DNA of 64,000 bases from Thermoplasmata archaeon. Lineage in GTDB: Archaea; Thermoplasmatota; Thermoplasmata; Lutacidiplasmatales; UBA184. The stretch lies in contig DASZAJ010000007.1 of assembly GCA_035945215.1 (NCBI GenBank), positions 136,761 through 200,760 of the forward strand, in the 5' to 3' direction. Positions 1 to 9,421 of the stretch are shown one piece after another (the first letter of the stretch is position 1; each line of letters begins with the position of its first letter). The notes below the pieces were generated by a model. The model did no database searches and was not told where the DNA came from. It worked only from the letters and a program-made list of their open reading frames with translations. A program made the position numbers and the translations under genes.

Positions 1-161
1 CGCGGACCCGAGTCGAGCCCGGGCTTAATCGTTCGCCCGCGCCGGAGCGATCCGCGCCCGGCCCGTTCTCTACGCGCGCGTTCGACGCGCCGCACGCGCT
101 GATCGTTCGCCCCGACGAAAATTCTCGGTTTTTCGACGGCGCCGACGGCCGTTCCTCCCAG

Positions 162-173
162 CCTTTAAATAGG
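162..173 (+). promoter_or_regulatory. Archaeal TATA-box-like element (cctttaaatagg) upstream of the rpl3 operon. A GGAGGT Shine-Dalgarno-like motif sits about 18 nt before the ATG.
   Basis: An AT-rich hexamer in an otherwise ~70% GC context lies about 50 nt upstream of the L3 ATG at 222. A ggaggt motif is at about 199-204. Confidence 0.5.
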
Positions 174-221
174 GAACCTTTCTCCCCCAACCCCACCGGA
201 GGTAGGACCCCCCATCGACCT

Positions 222-1223
222 ATGGCACGACGGCACCGGCCGCGTCGCGGCTCGCTCGGCTTTTCGCCCCGGGTCCGTGCGGCCAAGCCCGCTCCTCGAA
301 TCCGTTCCTGGCCCGCGGGGCCCAAGGCTCCGACGGTCGAGGGTTTCGCCGGCTACAAGGTCGGGATGAGCCACGCGTTCATGGTCGATTACCGGAAACG
401 ATCGACCACCGCCGGGCAAGAAGTGAGCGTGCCGGTCACGATCGTCGAGGTTCCCCCGCTCAAGGCCGTCGCGGCCCGAGTCTACCGACGCGAACCGTAC
501 GGCTCCCGCGTGGTCGCCGAGGTCTGGGGCGCCGATCCGTCGGAGGACCTGACGAGGCGGATCCCGAGCCACCCGGCGGGATCGGACGAGCTTCGCGAGG
601 CGTTCGGTCGGGCCGTCGGGGAGGAAGTTCGACTCGTAGTGCACACTCAACCATCGCTCATCGATGGGGTGCCGTCGAAAACGCCGGAACTGTTCGAGGT
701 CCGGGTCGGAGGCGAAAAGTTCGAGGAGCGCCGGGCGTTCGCGCTCGGGCGGCTCGGCAAGGAACTCCCCGTCGACGAGCTCACCAAGGAAGGCGAGTTC
801 GTCGACGTGATCGCCGTGACCAAGGGGAAGGGCTTCCAAGGGCACACGAAGCGGTGGGGAGTCAAGCTGCAGCCTCGGAAAAACTCCAAACACCGTCGGA
901 TGATCGGTACGTTGGGGCCCCACAACCCGAGCTTCGTCTCCTATCGGATCCCGCAGGCGGGGCAGATGGGGTACCATCGGAGGACCGTCTACAACATCCG
1001 GGTGCTCAAAATCGTTAGGGACCCGCGGACCGATCCGGTCACCCCGGCCGGCGGTTTCCTGCACTACGGCGAGGTCCGCCAGCCCTGCCTCGTCCTGCAC
1101 GGTTCGCTGCCCGGCCCCGCCAAGCGCCTCGTGAAGTTCCGCCTGCCGATGCGCAGCCACGTCGCCGCCGTCGAGAAGGTCGACCTCCGATACCTGAGCA
1201 CGCGCTCCAAGCAATCCGGATGA
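222..1223 (+). CDS. rpl3: 50S ribosomal protein L3 (uL3)
   Basis: The translation MARRHRPRRGSLGF...FAGYKVGMSHAF...LKIVRD has the typical archaeal L3 N-terminus and motifs. It is the first gene of the conserved L3-L4-L23-L2 cluster. Confidence 0.95.
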   Translation: MARRHRPRRGSLGFSPRVRAAKPAPRIRSWPAGPKAPTVEGFAGYKVGMSHAFMVDYRKRSTTAGQEVSVPVTIVEVPPLKAVAARVYRREPYGSRVVAEVWGADPSEDLTRRIPSHPAGSDELREAFGRAVGEEVRLVVHTQPSLIDGVPSKTPELFEVRVGGEKFEERRAFALGRLGKELPVDELTKEGEFVDVIAVTKGKGFQGHTKRWGVKLQPRKNSKHRRMIGTLGPHNPSFVSYRIPQAGQMGYHRRTVYNIRVLKIVRDPRTDPVTPAGGFLHYGEVRQPCLVLHGSLPGPAKRLVKFRLPMRSHVAAVEKVDLRYLSTRSKQSG

Positions 1224-2053
1224 GCGACGTTCCCGTCCCGGGCAAGGGCCCGGTCCCGTCCGAACCCCATACTCCTCACCATCGCGTGCCGCTGGTGAGC
1301 CTCGCCGGCAAGGCCGGCGAGCCGGTCGCGCTTCCCTCGGCGTTCTCCGAGCCCGTCCGCTTCGATCTCATCCGGAGGGCGGTGATCGCTTCGAACTCGG
1401 CGCGACGGCAGCCCCACGGCACGAAGCGAACCGCGGGGCGGCGCCATTCGGTCCAGTGGTCGGGGAAGGGGAAGGGCGTCTCGAGGACCCCCCGGTTGAT
1501 GGGCTCCATGACCGGCGCCCAGGCCCCGAACACCGTGGGAGGCGGCCAGGCGCACCCCCCGAGGGTGGCGACCATCTGGCGCAAGCAGATCAACGCGAAG
1601 GAACGGCGACTCGCCTTCCGGGCCGCCCTCGCGGCGACCCGGGAACCGGAGCTGCTGCGGCGACGCGGCCACCGGATCCCGGAGACGATCCATCTGCCCG
1701 TCGTGCTCGAAACGCCCCTCGAGTCGGTCCATGCGACGAATGAGGCCGAAGCCGTCCTCGGACGGCTCCACCTGCTCGGCGACGTGGAACGCGCCATCCA
1801 AGGAACGCACGTCCGCGCGGGCGTCGGAAAACGCCGCGGCCGCTTCCGGCACGAGCCGCGGAGCCTCCTCGTCGTCACGAGCGCGCCCGGCCAGGCTCGC
1901 GGGTTTCGCAACCTGCCCGGGGTCGACGTCGTCCCGGTCGGCCGGCTCGGCACGGGCGATCTCGCCCCCGGCGGCGATGCGGGGCGCCTGACGATCTTCA
2001 GCGCGGCCGCGCTGGCCGAGCTCGGCCGGCGGCTCGAGGGGGAACGACCGTGA
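1220..2053 (+). CDS. rpl4: 50S ribosomal protein L4 (uL4)
   Basis: The translation is L4/L1e-like (SARRQPHGTKRTAGRRHSVQWSGKGKGVSRTPR). It overlaps the L3 stop (ATGA) and holds the conserved position after L3. Confidence 0.93.
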   Translation: MSDVPVPGKGPVPSEPHTPHHRVPLVSLAGKAGEPVALPSAFSEPVRFDLIRRAVIASNSARRQPHGTKRTAGRRHSVQWSGKGKGVSRTPRLMGSMTGAQAPNTVGGGQAHPPRVATIWRKQINAKERRLAFRAALAATREPELLRRRGHRIPETIHLPVVLETPLESVHATNEAEAVLGRLHLLGDVERAIQGTHVRAGVGKRRGRFRHEPRSLLVVTSAPGQARGFRNLPGVDVVPVGRLGTGDLAPGGDAGRLTIFSAAALAELGRRLEGERP

Positions 2054-2313
2054 CCCCGTTGCGCCATCGGATCCTGCTGCACGCCTACGTGACTGAGAAG
2101 TCGATGGACGAAATGGAGCGGATGAACAAGCTCGAATTTGTCGTCGACCGACGGGCAACCCGCGCCGAGGTCAAGCGCGCCGTCGAGAGCCTGTACCAGT
2201 GCAAGGTGGCGAAGGTGAACGTCAAGATCGTCCGCTCGGGCAAGATCGCGACGGTGCGGCTCGCGGACGGATTCTCGGCCGAGGATATCGGCAGCCGCGC
2301 CGGGGTGTTCTGA
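2050..2313 (+). CDS. rpl23: 50S ribosomal protein L23 (uL23)
   Basis: An 87-aa protein, ILLHAYVTEKSMDEMERMNKLEFVVDRRATRAEVKRAVESLY, is the typical L23 fold sequence. It holds the conserved position. Confidence 0.93.
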   Translation: MTPLRHRILLHAYVTEKSMDEMERMNKLEFVVDRRATRAEVKRAVESLYQCKVAKVNVKIVRSGKIATVRLADGFSAEDIGSRAGVF

Positions 2314-3038
2314 TGGGAAAGCGCATCATCTCGCGTCGTCGAGGCGCCGGGACGGGGCCGTATCGGTCCCCGAGCCACCGCCATCACGGAGCGGTCTATC
2401 TGCCCCCTCCCTCGATCACCGGTGAGGCCACGGTCGTTGGACTCGCCCAGGCGCCGGGGCGCTCGGCCCCCGTGGTCGAGGTTCGGACCGGCGCGGGGGT
2501 CTCCGTCCGGCTCGTGGCCGCCGCCGGGATCGCCACCGGGGAGAAGGTGTCGATCCACACGGGGCCGGTACGCCGCGGCAGCGTGCTCTCCCTGTCCGAG
2601 ATCCCCGACGGGACGCTCGTCTCCAACCTCGAGGTCAACCCGTTCGACGGGGGGCGACTGGTCCGCGCCGCCGGGACGAGCGCCCTGGTGGTGGCCCATG
2701 CGGCCGGGGAGGTCACCGTCCAGCTCCCTTCCGGGGCGTTCAAGGCGTTCCTGCCGACCTGCCGGGCCCAGATCGGGACCGTGGCCGGGGGCGGGCGGCT
2801 GGAGCGTCCGATCATCAAGGCCGGCAAGAAGGTCCTCGCGTATCGGTCCCTGTCCCGACCCGCGTTCAAGGTCCGGGGCGTCGCGATGAACCCCGTGAAC
2901 CATCCGTTCGGGGGCGGTTCGCATCAGCACGTCGGCCGACCGAGCACGGTCAAGTCCGGCGCTTGGCCCGGCGCGAAGGTGGGGCGTTTCTCCAAGTCGC
3001 AGCGTCGGAAGCGCACCGGTCGTGGAGGCGGGAACTAG
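2313..3038 (+). CDS. rpl2: 50S ribosomal protein L2 (uL2)
   Basis: An in-frame ATG (MGKRIISRRRGAG...) overlaps the L23 stop (TGATG). The C-terminal sequence MNPVNHPFGGGSHQHVG is the L2 signature. Confidence 0.93.
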   Translation: MGKRIISRRRGAGTGPYRSPSHRHHGAVYLPPPSITGEATVVGLAQAPGRSAPVVEVRTGAGVSVRLVAAAGIATGEKVSIHTGPVRRGSVLSLSEIPDGTLVSNLEVNPFDGGRLVRAAGTSALVVAHAAGEVTVQLPSGAFKAFLPTCRAQIGTVAGGGRLERPIIKAGKKVLAYRSLSRPAFKVRGVAMNPVNHPFGGGSHQHVGRPSTVKSGAWPGAKVGRFSKSQRRKRTGRGGGN

Positions 3039-3467
3039 ATGCCGAAGGGAAAGCGGACGGTTCGAAAGGCTGAGGTCCGCCGAAAGCGCGAGTTCACCCT
3101 GCGCGGTCGGACCTTGGCCCAGCTCCAGGCGATGCCGCTCGCGGAGCTTTCGAAGGTCCTCCCGGCCCGGGCCCGTCGCACCCTCAAGCGGGGGTTCAAC
3201 GCCGACCAGCAGCGGTTCCTCGATCGGCTGCAGTCGACCCCGCCGACCAAGGTCGTGCGGACCCACTTCCGCGACGTCCTGATCCTCCCGAGCCACGTCG
3301 GACGCCGGGTGGCGATCCACAGCGGGAAGGAGTTCAAGGAGATCGAGGTGCGGCCGGAGATGATCGGCCACTACTACGGCGAATTCGCGCTCACCCGACG
3401 GTTCGAGAAGCACTCGGGCCCGGGGGTCGGCGCGACGCGGTCGTCGAAGTTCATGCCGCTCAAGTAG
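3039..3467 (+). CDS. rps19: 30S ribosomal protein S19 (uS19)
   Basis: MPKGKRTVRKAEVRRKREFTLRGRTLAQLQAM...VAIHSGKEFKEIEVRPEMIGHYYGEFALTRRF is S19 (the S15e family). Confidence 0.93.
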   Translation: MPKGKRTVRKAEVRRKREFTLRGRTLAQLQAMPLAELSKVLPARARRTLKRGFNADQQRFLDRLQSTPPTKVVRTHFRDVLILPSHVGRRVAIHSGKEFKEIEVRPEMIGHYYGEFALTRRFEKHSGPGVGATRSSKFMPLK

Positions 3468-3476
3468 GGGACCAAA

Positions 3477-3932
3477 ATGCGAGGTTACACCTATCCATCG
3501 AAGAGCGGCGAGACCGTCGCCCGAGCCCGGGGGATCGAGCTCCCGGTCTCCCCGAAGAAGACCTACGAGGTCCTCAACGCCATCCGGGGTCGCGGGCTGG
3601 AGGAGGCCCGCCAGATCCTCAACGATGCCGCCGAGGGCCTGCACGCCATCCCGTTCCGACGGTACAACCAGGAGACCGCCCACCACCGCGGCAGCGGGCC
3701 GGGGCGCTTCCCGAAGAAGGTCGCCTATGCGGTCCTCGAGGTCCTGAAGAACGCCGAGGCGAACGCGGAGTACGAGGGCATGGACACCGACGCCCTCATC
3801 GTGCTCGCCGCCGCCTCCGCCCGCGGTCGGATCCAAAAGGCGAACATGCCGAGAGCCCAGGGACGGGCGACGGCCTGGAACGAGCAGACCACTAACATCG
3901 AGATCGTCCTCGGCGAGCGCGCGGGGGAGTAG
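3477..3932 (+). CDS. rpl22: 50S ribosomal protein L22 (uL22)
   Basis: MRGYTYPSKSGETVARARGIELPVSPKKTYEVLNAIRG is archaeal L22. It holds the conserved position. Confidence 0.92.
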   Translation: MRGYTYPSKSGETVARARGIELPVSPKKTYEVLNAIRGRGLEEARQILNDAAEGLHAIPFRRYNQETAHHRGSGPGRFPKKVAYAVLEVLKNAEANAEYEGMDTDALIVLAAASARGRIQKANMPRAQGRATAWNEQTTNIEIVLGERAGE

Positions 3933-3935
3933 GCC

Positions 3936-4634
3936 GTGGCGAGCGAGCGCAAGGTGATCCAGGAGGCGACGCGCCGCGTGCTGCTGAAGGACTACCTAGT
4001 CCGGGAGAGCGCTCGCGCCGGCTTCGGGGGGCTGGACATCCAGCGAACCCCGATGGGGACGCGCGTGACGCTCATCTGTGAGCGGCCTGGGATCCTGATC
4101 GGCCGCCGCGGCGAGCTGATCAAGCAGCTGACCCAGGATATCCAGAACCGCTTCCAGCTTGACAACCCTCAGATCGAGGTCCAGGAGGAGCGCCAGCCGT
4201 CCCTCAACGCCCAGTTGATGGCCGAGAAGCTCGCCTCCACCCTCGAACGGGGCTGGCACTTCCGGCGCGCCGGGCACTCCACCGTCCGGCGGATCATGGA
4301 AGCCGGCGCCCGGGGCTGCCAGGTGATCCTGTCCGGGAAGCTCACCGGCGAGCGGCACCGTACCGAGCGGTTCAAATCCGGGACGATCAAGTACTGCGGC
4401 GAGGCGGTCCACCTGCACATGGACAAGGGATTCTACCAGGCCCGTCTGAAGCCCGGCGTCATCGGGGTCAACGTCTGGATCATGAGCCCCACGGCCAAGC
4501 TCCCCGACGAGATCACCGTCAAGGGCGTCGAGGTCCGCAAGCCGGCGACGCCGGTTGAGGTCGCCCCGCTCGTCGAGGGCGAGGTCGTCCCGCCCCTGCC
4601 CGACCTGCCCCCCCCGGAGGCCGAGTCGCCATGA
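3936..4634 (+). CDS. rps3: 30S ribosomal protein S3 (uS3)
   Basis: A KH-domain S3 (VIQEATRRVLLKDYLVRESARAGFGGLDIQRTPMGTRVTL...). It has a Pro/Glu-rich C-terminal tail. Confidence 0.93.
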   Translation: MASERKVIQEATRRVLLKDYLVRESARAGFGGLDIQRTPMGTRVTLICERPGILIGRRGELIKQLTQDIQNRFQLDNPQIEVQEERQPSLNAQLMAEKLASTLERGWHFRRAGHSTVRRIMEAGARGCQVILSGKLTGERHRTERFKSGTIKYCGEAVHLHMDKGFYQARLKPGVIGVNVWIMSPTAKLPDEITVKGVEVRKPATPVEVAPLVEGEVVPPLPDLPPPEAESP

Positions 4635-4858
4635 GTCTGCTGAGGATGAAGGAGCTGCGCTCGCTTTCCGACGAGGATCTCGCCCGTCGCATCGCCGAGA
4701 TCGAAAACGACCTGTTGCGCGAGCGCGGCATCGCGGCGATGGGCGGGGCGCCCCCGAGCCCCGGGCGGATGCGGGCGCTCCGGACGAACGTTGCCCGCGC
4801 CTTGACGGTCCGCTCGGAGCGCGCCTTGAACGCGCGCGGCCGCCCGGAAAGCGCCTAG
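4631..4858 (+). CDS. rpl29: 50S ribosomal protein L29 (uL29)
   Basis: A 75-aa protein, MKELRSLSDEDLARRIAEIENDLLRERG, is the L29 helix-hairpin. It overlaps the S3 stop (ATGA). Confidence 0.9.
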   Translation: MSLLRMKELRSLSDEDLARRIAEIENDLLRERGIAAMGGAPPSPGRMRALRTNVARALTVRSERALNARGRPESA

Positions 4859-4871
4859 GAGCCGCTCGATC

Positions 4872-5180
4872 ATGCCGAGGTCGAACCTCAACGCCCCCGC
4901 ACCGTTCGACCCTGCCTTCGCCGGGGAGATCCTCGGCGCGGCGATCCGGGTCGTCCACCCGGGGCTGGCGAAGGGGCCCGTCGAGGGCACGCTCCTCGAC
5001 GAGACGATGAACACGTTCGTCATCCGATCGCCGGAGGGCCGGGTCCGCCGGGTCGGGAAATCCGGCGCGACCGGGACGATCGTCCTCGGCGGTCGGTCGC
5101 TACCGTTAAATGGCGAATCCCTTCGGCTGCGTCCCGAAGACCGCACGAAGCGCGTCGCCGCGCGCGGTCGGAGGCGCTAG
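4872..5180 (+). CDS. rnp1: RNase P protein component 1 (Rpp29/Pop4)
   Basis: A 102-aa protein with an Rpp29-like core ([54 protein letters not shown]). It sits in the conserved slot between L29 and S17. Confidence 0.8.
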   Translation: MPRSNLNAPAPFDPAFAGEILGAAIRVVHPGLAKGPVEGTLLDETMNTFVIRSPEGRVRRVGKSGATGTIVLGGRSLPLNGESLRLRPEDRTKRVAARGRRR

Positions 5181-5609
5181 ATGCCGGCCAAACGGTCCCC
5201 CACCAGTCGTCCGAGGGCCCGGGACGTCGGTCTCGATGTACGGGCCCCGAAGGGCCGCTGCGACGACCGAAACTGTCCGTTCCACGGACGCCTTTCGGTG
5301 CGCGGCCAGGTCCTCGAGGGCACGGTCGTCTCCACGGCGATGCAGCGGACCGCGGTCGTCGAGCGGACACTCCTGCACTTCGTCCCGAAGTACGAGCGAT
5401 TCGTCAAGCGCCGCCGTCGGTATCTCGCCCATGCCCCGCCCTGCCTCGGGGTGCCCGTGGGCCATCGCGTGCGGATCGCCGAGACCCGCCCGCTCTCCAA
5501 GCTCGTCAGCTTCTGCATCGTCCAGGACCTGGGAGAGGCCGCGACCCGGGTCGCCGGCGAGGAGCCGGTCCCCGTCCCGTCCGGAGCCGCCGCCGAGGAG
5601 AAGCCATGA
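5181..5609 (+). CDS. rps17: 30S ribosomal protein S17 (uS17)
   Basis: [44 protein letters not shown] is the S17 signature. Its start abuts the Rpp29 stop. Confidence 0.92.
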   Translation: MPAKRSPTSRPRARDVGLDVRAPKGRCDDRNCPFHGRLSVRGQVLEGTVVSTAMQRTAVVERTLLHFVPKYERFVKRRRRYLAHAPPCLGVPVGHRVRIAETRPLSKLVSFCIVQDLGEAATRVAGEEPVPVPSGAAAEEKP

Positions 5610-6004
5610 AGGGGCTGCCCGGCCGGCGGGGCCGCGGACTCCCGAAGGGAGCCCGGCTCGATTGCGTCGACAATACCGGCGCGAAGATCGTGGAGATCAT
5701 CGCCGTCCGGAACTGGCACGGCACCCACCGGAGGTATCCGAGGGCCGGCGTGGCCGACCTCATCATCGTCTCGGTCAAGAAGGGGACCCCCGAGATGCGT
5801 CGCCAGGTCCTGCATGCCGTGATCGTCCGCTCGCGTTCCCCGATCCATCGCGCGGACGGGACGCGCCTCGAGTTCGAGGACAACGCGGCGGTGATCACGA
5901 CCGAGACCGGCGAGATCAAAGGTTCCCAGATCAAGGGGCCCGTGGCGAAGGAGGCCGCGGAACGGTGGCCGCGGATCGCGGCGGCCTCCTCGATCATCGT
6001 CTAG
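5606..6004 (+). CDS. rpl14: 50S ribosomal protein L14 (uL14)
   Basis: [19 protein letters not shown]...[31 protein letters not shown] is L14. Confidence 0.93.
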   Translation: MKGLPGRRGRGLPKGARLDCVDNTGAKIVEIIAVRNWHGTHRRYPRAGVADLIIVSVKKGTPEMRRQVLHAVIVRSRSPIHRADGTRLEFEDNAAVITTETGEIKGSQIKGPVAKEAAERWPRIAAASSIIV

Positions 6005-6015
6005 GAGCAGGTGCC

Positions 6016-6447
6016 ATGTCGACGATCTCTCGGCAACCCCGTCGCCAACGGCTCGCCCGCTTCGAGGCCGACCACTTCGAGCGCCGCCGCCGGATGGCCG
6101 TCCCGCTCTCCCGGGAAATGCGACGGCGCTACGGCCGCCGCAGTTTGCCCGTCCGCAAAGGCGACACGGTGCGGATCCTCTCGGGGAGCTACAAAGGCCG
6201 GGAGGAGCGCGTCGCCAAGGTCAGTCGCCGGGATTACTCCGTCACCCTCGACAACGTGACGACGAAGACCGGCGACCAGAAGCTCAAACCGCTCCCGATC
6301 CAACTCACCCACCTCGTGCTCACGCGGCTCAATCTTTCGGATGCGTGGCGCCGCCGGGTCCTCAAGGTCCCCGAAGGCGAGGTCCCCGAGCCGGAGGCCG
6401 CCCCGCCTTCGGAGTCCGCGCCGGGGCCGGAGGCGAAGGACCCATGA
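6016..6447 (+). CDS. rpl24: 50S ribosomal protein L24 (uL24)
   Basis: An in-frame ATG (MSTISRQP...). KGDTVRILSGSYKGREERVAKV is a KOW motif. It holds the conserved position. Confidence 0.9.
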   Translation: MSTISRQPRRQRLARFEADHFERRRRMAVPLSREMRRRYGRRSLPVRKGDTVRILSGSYKGREERVAKVSRRDYSVTLDNVTTKTGDQKLKPLPIQLTHLVLTRLNLSDAWRRRVLKVPEGEVPEPEAAPPSESAPGPEAKDP

Positions 6448-7160
6448 CGTTCCGGTTGAAGCGCCGAGCCGCGCCGCGGACCTGGACGGTGCCCCGCAAA
6501 GGATCCAAGTGGATCAAGCGGCCGGCGCCGGGGCCCCACGCCCAGGACGAATCGATCCCCCTGCTCCTCGTCCTCCGCGACATCCGCAAGGTCGTGCAGA
6601 GCGCCCGGGAGGCGCGCATCCTCGCCCGGTCCGGTGCGATCCAGATCGATGGGAAGGTCGTCACGGACCTCGCCCGCGGCGTCGGCCTGCTCGATGCTCT
6701 CACCTTCGCCTCGCCGACCCCGGAGCATTTCCGGATCCTCAAGGACCGCCGGGGGAAGCTCGTCCTCCTGCCGATCGACGGCAAGGAGGCCGGCTGGAAG
6801 ATCGGCCGCGTCCGCTTCAAGCACGCCGTCCGGGGCGGACGGGTCCAGCTGACCTTGCACGACGGGCGGAACCTGCTCGTCCCCGCCGATTCCCCCTACA
6901 AGGTCGGCGATTCGCTCAAGATCGAGCTTCCGAGCCAGAAGGTCCTCGGCCACCTCTCGCTCGCGCCGGGCCACCTCGCCTACATGGCGGGGGGCAGCCA
7001 CGTCGGGGAGCTCGCCCGGGTCGACCGGGTCGAGGTCCGCAACTCCTCGCAGCCCAACCGCGTCCACTTCCAGGAAGGGTTCTCGACGGTCAAGGAGTAC
7101 GTCTACATCGTCGGGGAGTCGACGCCCCAGGTCACGCTCCCGGAGGGCCTCGCCCGATGA
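6444..7160 (+). CDS. rps4e: 30S ribosomal protein S4e (eS4)
   Basis: [33 protein letters not shown] is the S4e N-terminus, with KOW/S4 domains. It overlaps the L24 stop (ATGA). Confidence 0.92.
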   Translation: MTFRLKRRAAPRTWTVPRKGSKWIKRPAPGPHAQDESIPLLLVLRDIRKVVQSAREARILARSGAIQIDGKVVTDLARGVGLLDALTFASPTPEHFRILKDRRGKLVLLPIDGKEAGWKIGRVRFKHAVRGGRVQLTLHDGRNLLVPADSPYKVGDSLKIELPSQKVLGHLSLAPGHLAYMAGGSHVGELARVDRVEVRNSSQPNRVHFQEGFSTVKEYVYIVGESTPQVTLPEGLAR

Positions 7161-7711
7161 GCGCTCCGATGACCGCCGCGCCCAGCGCGGCCGCCCCGGC
7201 GCCGAACCCCTACCGTCGGGTCCGCGTGATCAAGGTCGTCGTCAATGCCGGGGTCGGCGAGTCCGGGGAGCCGCGCTCGAAGGCCGAGCGCGTCCTGACG
7301 ATGATCACCCATCAGAAACCCGTCGCCACGCGGGCCCGCTCCACCAACCGGGACTTCGGGATCCGGGCCGGCCAGGAGATCGGGGCGAAGGTCACCCTTC
7401 GGGGGCCCGCGGCCGAGACGTTCCTCGACCAGGCGTTCGAGGCGAGGGACCGTCAGTTCGATCCGCTGTCCATCGATCGGAGCGGGAGTTTCTCGTTCGG
7501 GATCCCGGACTATACCGATTTCACGGGCATGAAGTACGACCCGGCGATCGGCATCGTCGGGATCGACGTCTGCGTCGAGATGGGCCGGGCCGGATGGCGC
7601 GTGCGCGAGCGCCGGCTCGCGAGCCGGCCGATCCCGAGGGCCCTGCGGGCGAACCGGGAAGAGACCCGGGCGTTCCTCGCCGAACGGTTCCACCTGACCT
7701 TCCTCGAGTGA
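7157..7711 (+). CDS. rpl5: 50S ribosomal protein L5 (uL5)
   Basis: [22 protein letters not shown]...[25 protein letters not shown] is L5. Confidence 0.92.
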   Translation: MSAPMTAAPSAAAPAPNPYRRVRVIKVVVNAGVGESGEPRSKAERVLTMITHQKPVATRARSTNRDFGIRAGQEIGAKVTLRGPAAETFLDQAFEARDRQFDPLSIDRSGSFSFGIPDYTDFTGMKYDPAIGIVGIDVCVEMGRAGWRVRERRLASRPIPRALRANREETRAFLAERFHLTFLE

Positions 7712-7713
7712 GC

Positions 7714-7860
7714 ATGAAGCCGAAGAAATTGTTCGGACGCAAGGTCGGCTGCTTCCGCTGCGACCGCAAGCGGGGGATCGTGCGGCGCTACGGCCTGCAC
7801 CTGTGCCGGCAGTGCTTCCGCGAGGTCGCGGTCGACCTCGGCTTCCGGAAGTACGAGTAG
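7714..7860 (+). CDS. rps14: 30S ribosomal protein S14 type Z (uS14)
   Basis: A 48-aa protein, [37 protein letters not shown], is a zinc-ribbon S14/S29e. Confidence 0.9.
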   Translation: MKPKKLFGRKVGCFRCDRKRGIVRRYGLHLCRQCFREVAVDLGFRKYE

Positions 7861-7871
7861 GAGCGGCGGCC

Positions 7872-8261
7872 ATGCAACACGATCTACTCAACGATGCCCT
7901 CGTCCAGCTGCGCCACGCCGACCGGCAGGGCCGGGCCCAGGTCGAGATCCACCCGACCTCGAGCCTGATCGGCGAGGTCCTGCGGATCCTTCGCGAGCAC
8001 CGGTACATCCAGGATTTCGCCTTCCGGCCGGACGGCCAGGGCGGGAAGTTCGAGGTGACGCTGTCGCGGCGGATCAACTCCTGCGGCGTCATCAAGCCGC
8101 GGCTGTCGGTGCGCGGCCGGGACCTCGAGCGGTTCGAATCCCGGTACCTGCCGGCCCAGGATTTCGGCCTGCTGATCCTGTCCACGAACCAGGGCGTCGT
8201 CGGGCACCCGAAGGCCCGGGAGCTCAAGATCGGGGGGAGGTTGCTCGCCTATGTCTACTGA
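7872..8261 (+). CDS. rps8: 30S ribosomal protein S8 (uS8)
   Basis: MQHDLLNDALVQLRHADRQGRAQVEIHPTSSLIGEVLRILREHRYIQDF is S8. Confidence 0.92.
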   Translation: MQHDLLNDALVQLRHADRQGRAQVEIHPTSSLIGEVLRILREHRYIQDFAFRPDGQGGKFEVTLSRRINSCGVIKPRLSVRGRDLERFESRYLPAQDFGLLILSTNQGVVGHPKARELKIGGRLLAYVY

Positions 8262-8814
8262 GGCCGACCGCGACCGGGTGAGCGTCCCGCTGGCGCCGAA
8301 CAGCTCGGTCGAGCTCATCGGGAGCCGCCTGGTCGTCCGGGGTCCGAACGGGGAGGTCGCGCGGGCGTTCCCGGCCGGCGCGCTCACGGTCTCCGTGGCC
8401 GGGGCGAACGCGCTCCTCACCTTGACGATCCCCGCCAACCGAAAGCGCGCCCAAGCCCTGCTGCACACCTGGGCGGCCCATGTTCGCAACCTGTCCGTCG
8501 GCGTCACCGTCGGGTTCGAGGCGAAGATGAAGGTGGTCGCGGCCCACTTCCCGATGAAGGTCTCGGCCAAGGACGACCATCTGCTGATCGAGAACTTCCT
8601 TGGAGAGAAGCATCCCCGCACCGCCCCGCTCGTGGCCGGCGTCGCCGCCGCCGTCGACGGGGATTTCGTCGTGCTGAGCGGGCGGGACATCGAGCAGGTC
8701 GGGCAGAGCGCGGCGAACATCGAGCGGGCCACGCGCATCCGCGACTACGACCCGCGGGTCTTCCAGGACGGGATCTACCTGATCGAGCACGCCCACCCCA
8801 AGGGGTCGATCTGA
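8251..8814 (+). CDS. rpl6: 50S ribosomal protein L6 (uL6)
   Basis: A two-domain L6 (VELIGSRLVVRGPNGEVARAFPAGALTVSV...). It overlaps the S8 end. Confidence 0.9.
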   Translation: MSTEADRDRVSVPLAPNSSVELIGSRLVVRGPNGEVARAFPAGALTVSVAGANALLTLTIPANRKRAQALLHTWAAHVRNLSVGVTVGFEAKMKVVAAHFPMKVSAKDDHLLIENFLGEKHPRTAPLVAGVAAAVDGDFVVLSGRDIEQVGQSAANIERATRIRDYDPRVFQDGIYLIEHAHPKGSI

Positions 8815-9419
8815 TGGCGGAAACGGCGCCGCCGGAGGCGACGAAGAAGGATCCGGCGCCCAGCGGACCGACCCCGAAGCGCACCAAGCCGGCGAAGGCC
8901 GCGGCGAGCCGGGCCGTCGAGAAGCCCGAGGCCCCGGGCGAGACCGGAGCGGCGTCGTCCGACGCCAAGAAGAAGAAGGCCTCCGTCCCCGAGGCGCCCC
9001 GGCGGCCGACGCTCGAGCCCGAGCTGGCCCGCCTCCTGACGGTCCGCGATCGGCTCGACGATCACCGGCCGAAGTTCGTCCGGACGGCCTCGCATCGGTA
9101 CTGGCGGATCGGCCGCTGGGCCTCCTGGCGAAGGCCCCGGGGGCTGCAGTCCAAGCAACGCCGTCACTACGGCTATCGACCGGTCGTGGTCAGCGTGGGC
9201 TTTCGCTCCCCCAAGCGGACCCGCGGCCTCACCCCGACCGGATTCGCGCCGGTCGTGGTGCACACGGTCCAGGACATGGAGCGGATCGAGCGGGACGTCC
9301 AGGCGGCCGTCATCGCGCGTTCCGTCGGGACCCGGCGTCGGCTGGTCCTCGAGGAAACCGCCCGCAAGCTCGGGGTCCACGTGCTAAACCCGATCACCTC
9401 GGACCGCAAGGAGGACTGA
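8814..9419 (+). CDS. rpl32e: 50S ribosomal protein L32e (eL32), with a ~70-aa Lys/Ala/Pro-rich N-terminal extension
   Basis: The C-terminal core FVRTASHRYWRIGRWASWRRPRGLQSKQRRHYGYRPVVVSVGFRSPKRTRGL is L32e. The N-terminus is low complexity (PAPSGPTPKRTKPAKAAASRAVEKPEAPGE...DAKKKKAS). Confidence 0.88.
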   Translation: MAETAPPEATKKDPAPSGPTPKRTKPAKAAASRAVEKPEAPGETGAASSDAKKKKASVPEAPRRPTLEPELARLLTVRDRLDDHRPKFVRTASHRYWRIGRWASWRRPRGLQSKQRRHYGYRPVVVSVGFRSPKRTRGLTPTGFAPVVVHTVQDMERIERDVQAAVIARSVGTRRRLVLEETARKLGVHVLNPITSDRKED

Positions 9420-9421
9420 CG

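Noticed and set aside
2085-3836. A 583-aa ORF on the minus strand antisense to rpl2/rps19/rpl22. Similar long antisense ORFs occur at 165-1214, 7103-8227, 12202-13620, 18106-19680, 20990-22462, 35168-36235 and 36036-37226.
   Set aside because: They have Arg/Pro/Gly/Ala-dominated low-complexity translations. They overlap well-supported conserved genes on the opposite strand. A scarcity of stop codons is expected at about 70% GC. These are not coding.
8129-8141. A tRNA T-loop-like sequence (ggttcgaatcc) inside rps8.
   Set aside because: The flanks cannot form a T-stem or acceptor stem, and it lies within a well-supported coding region. A chance match.
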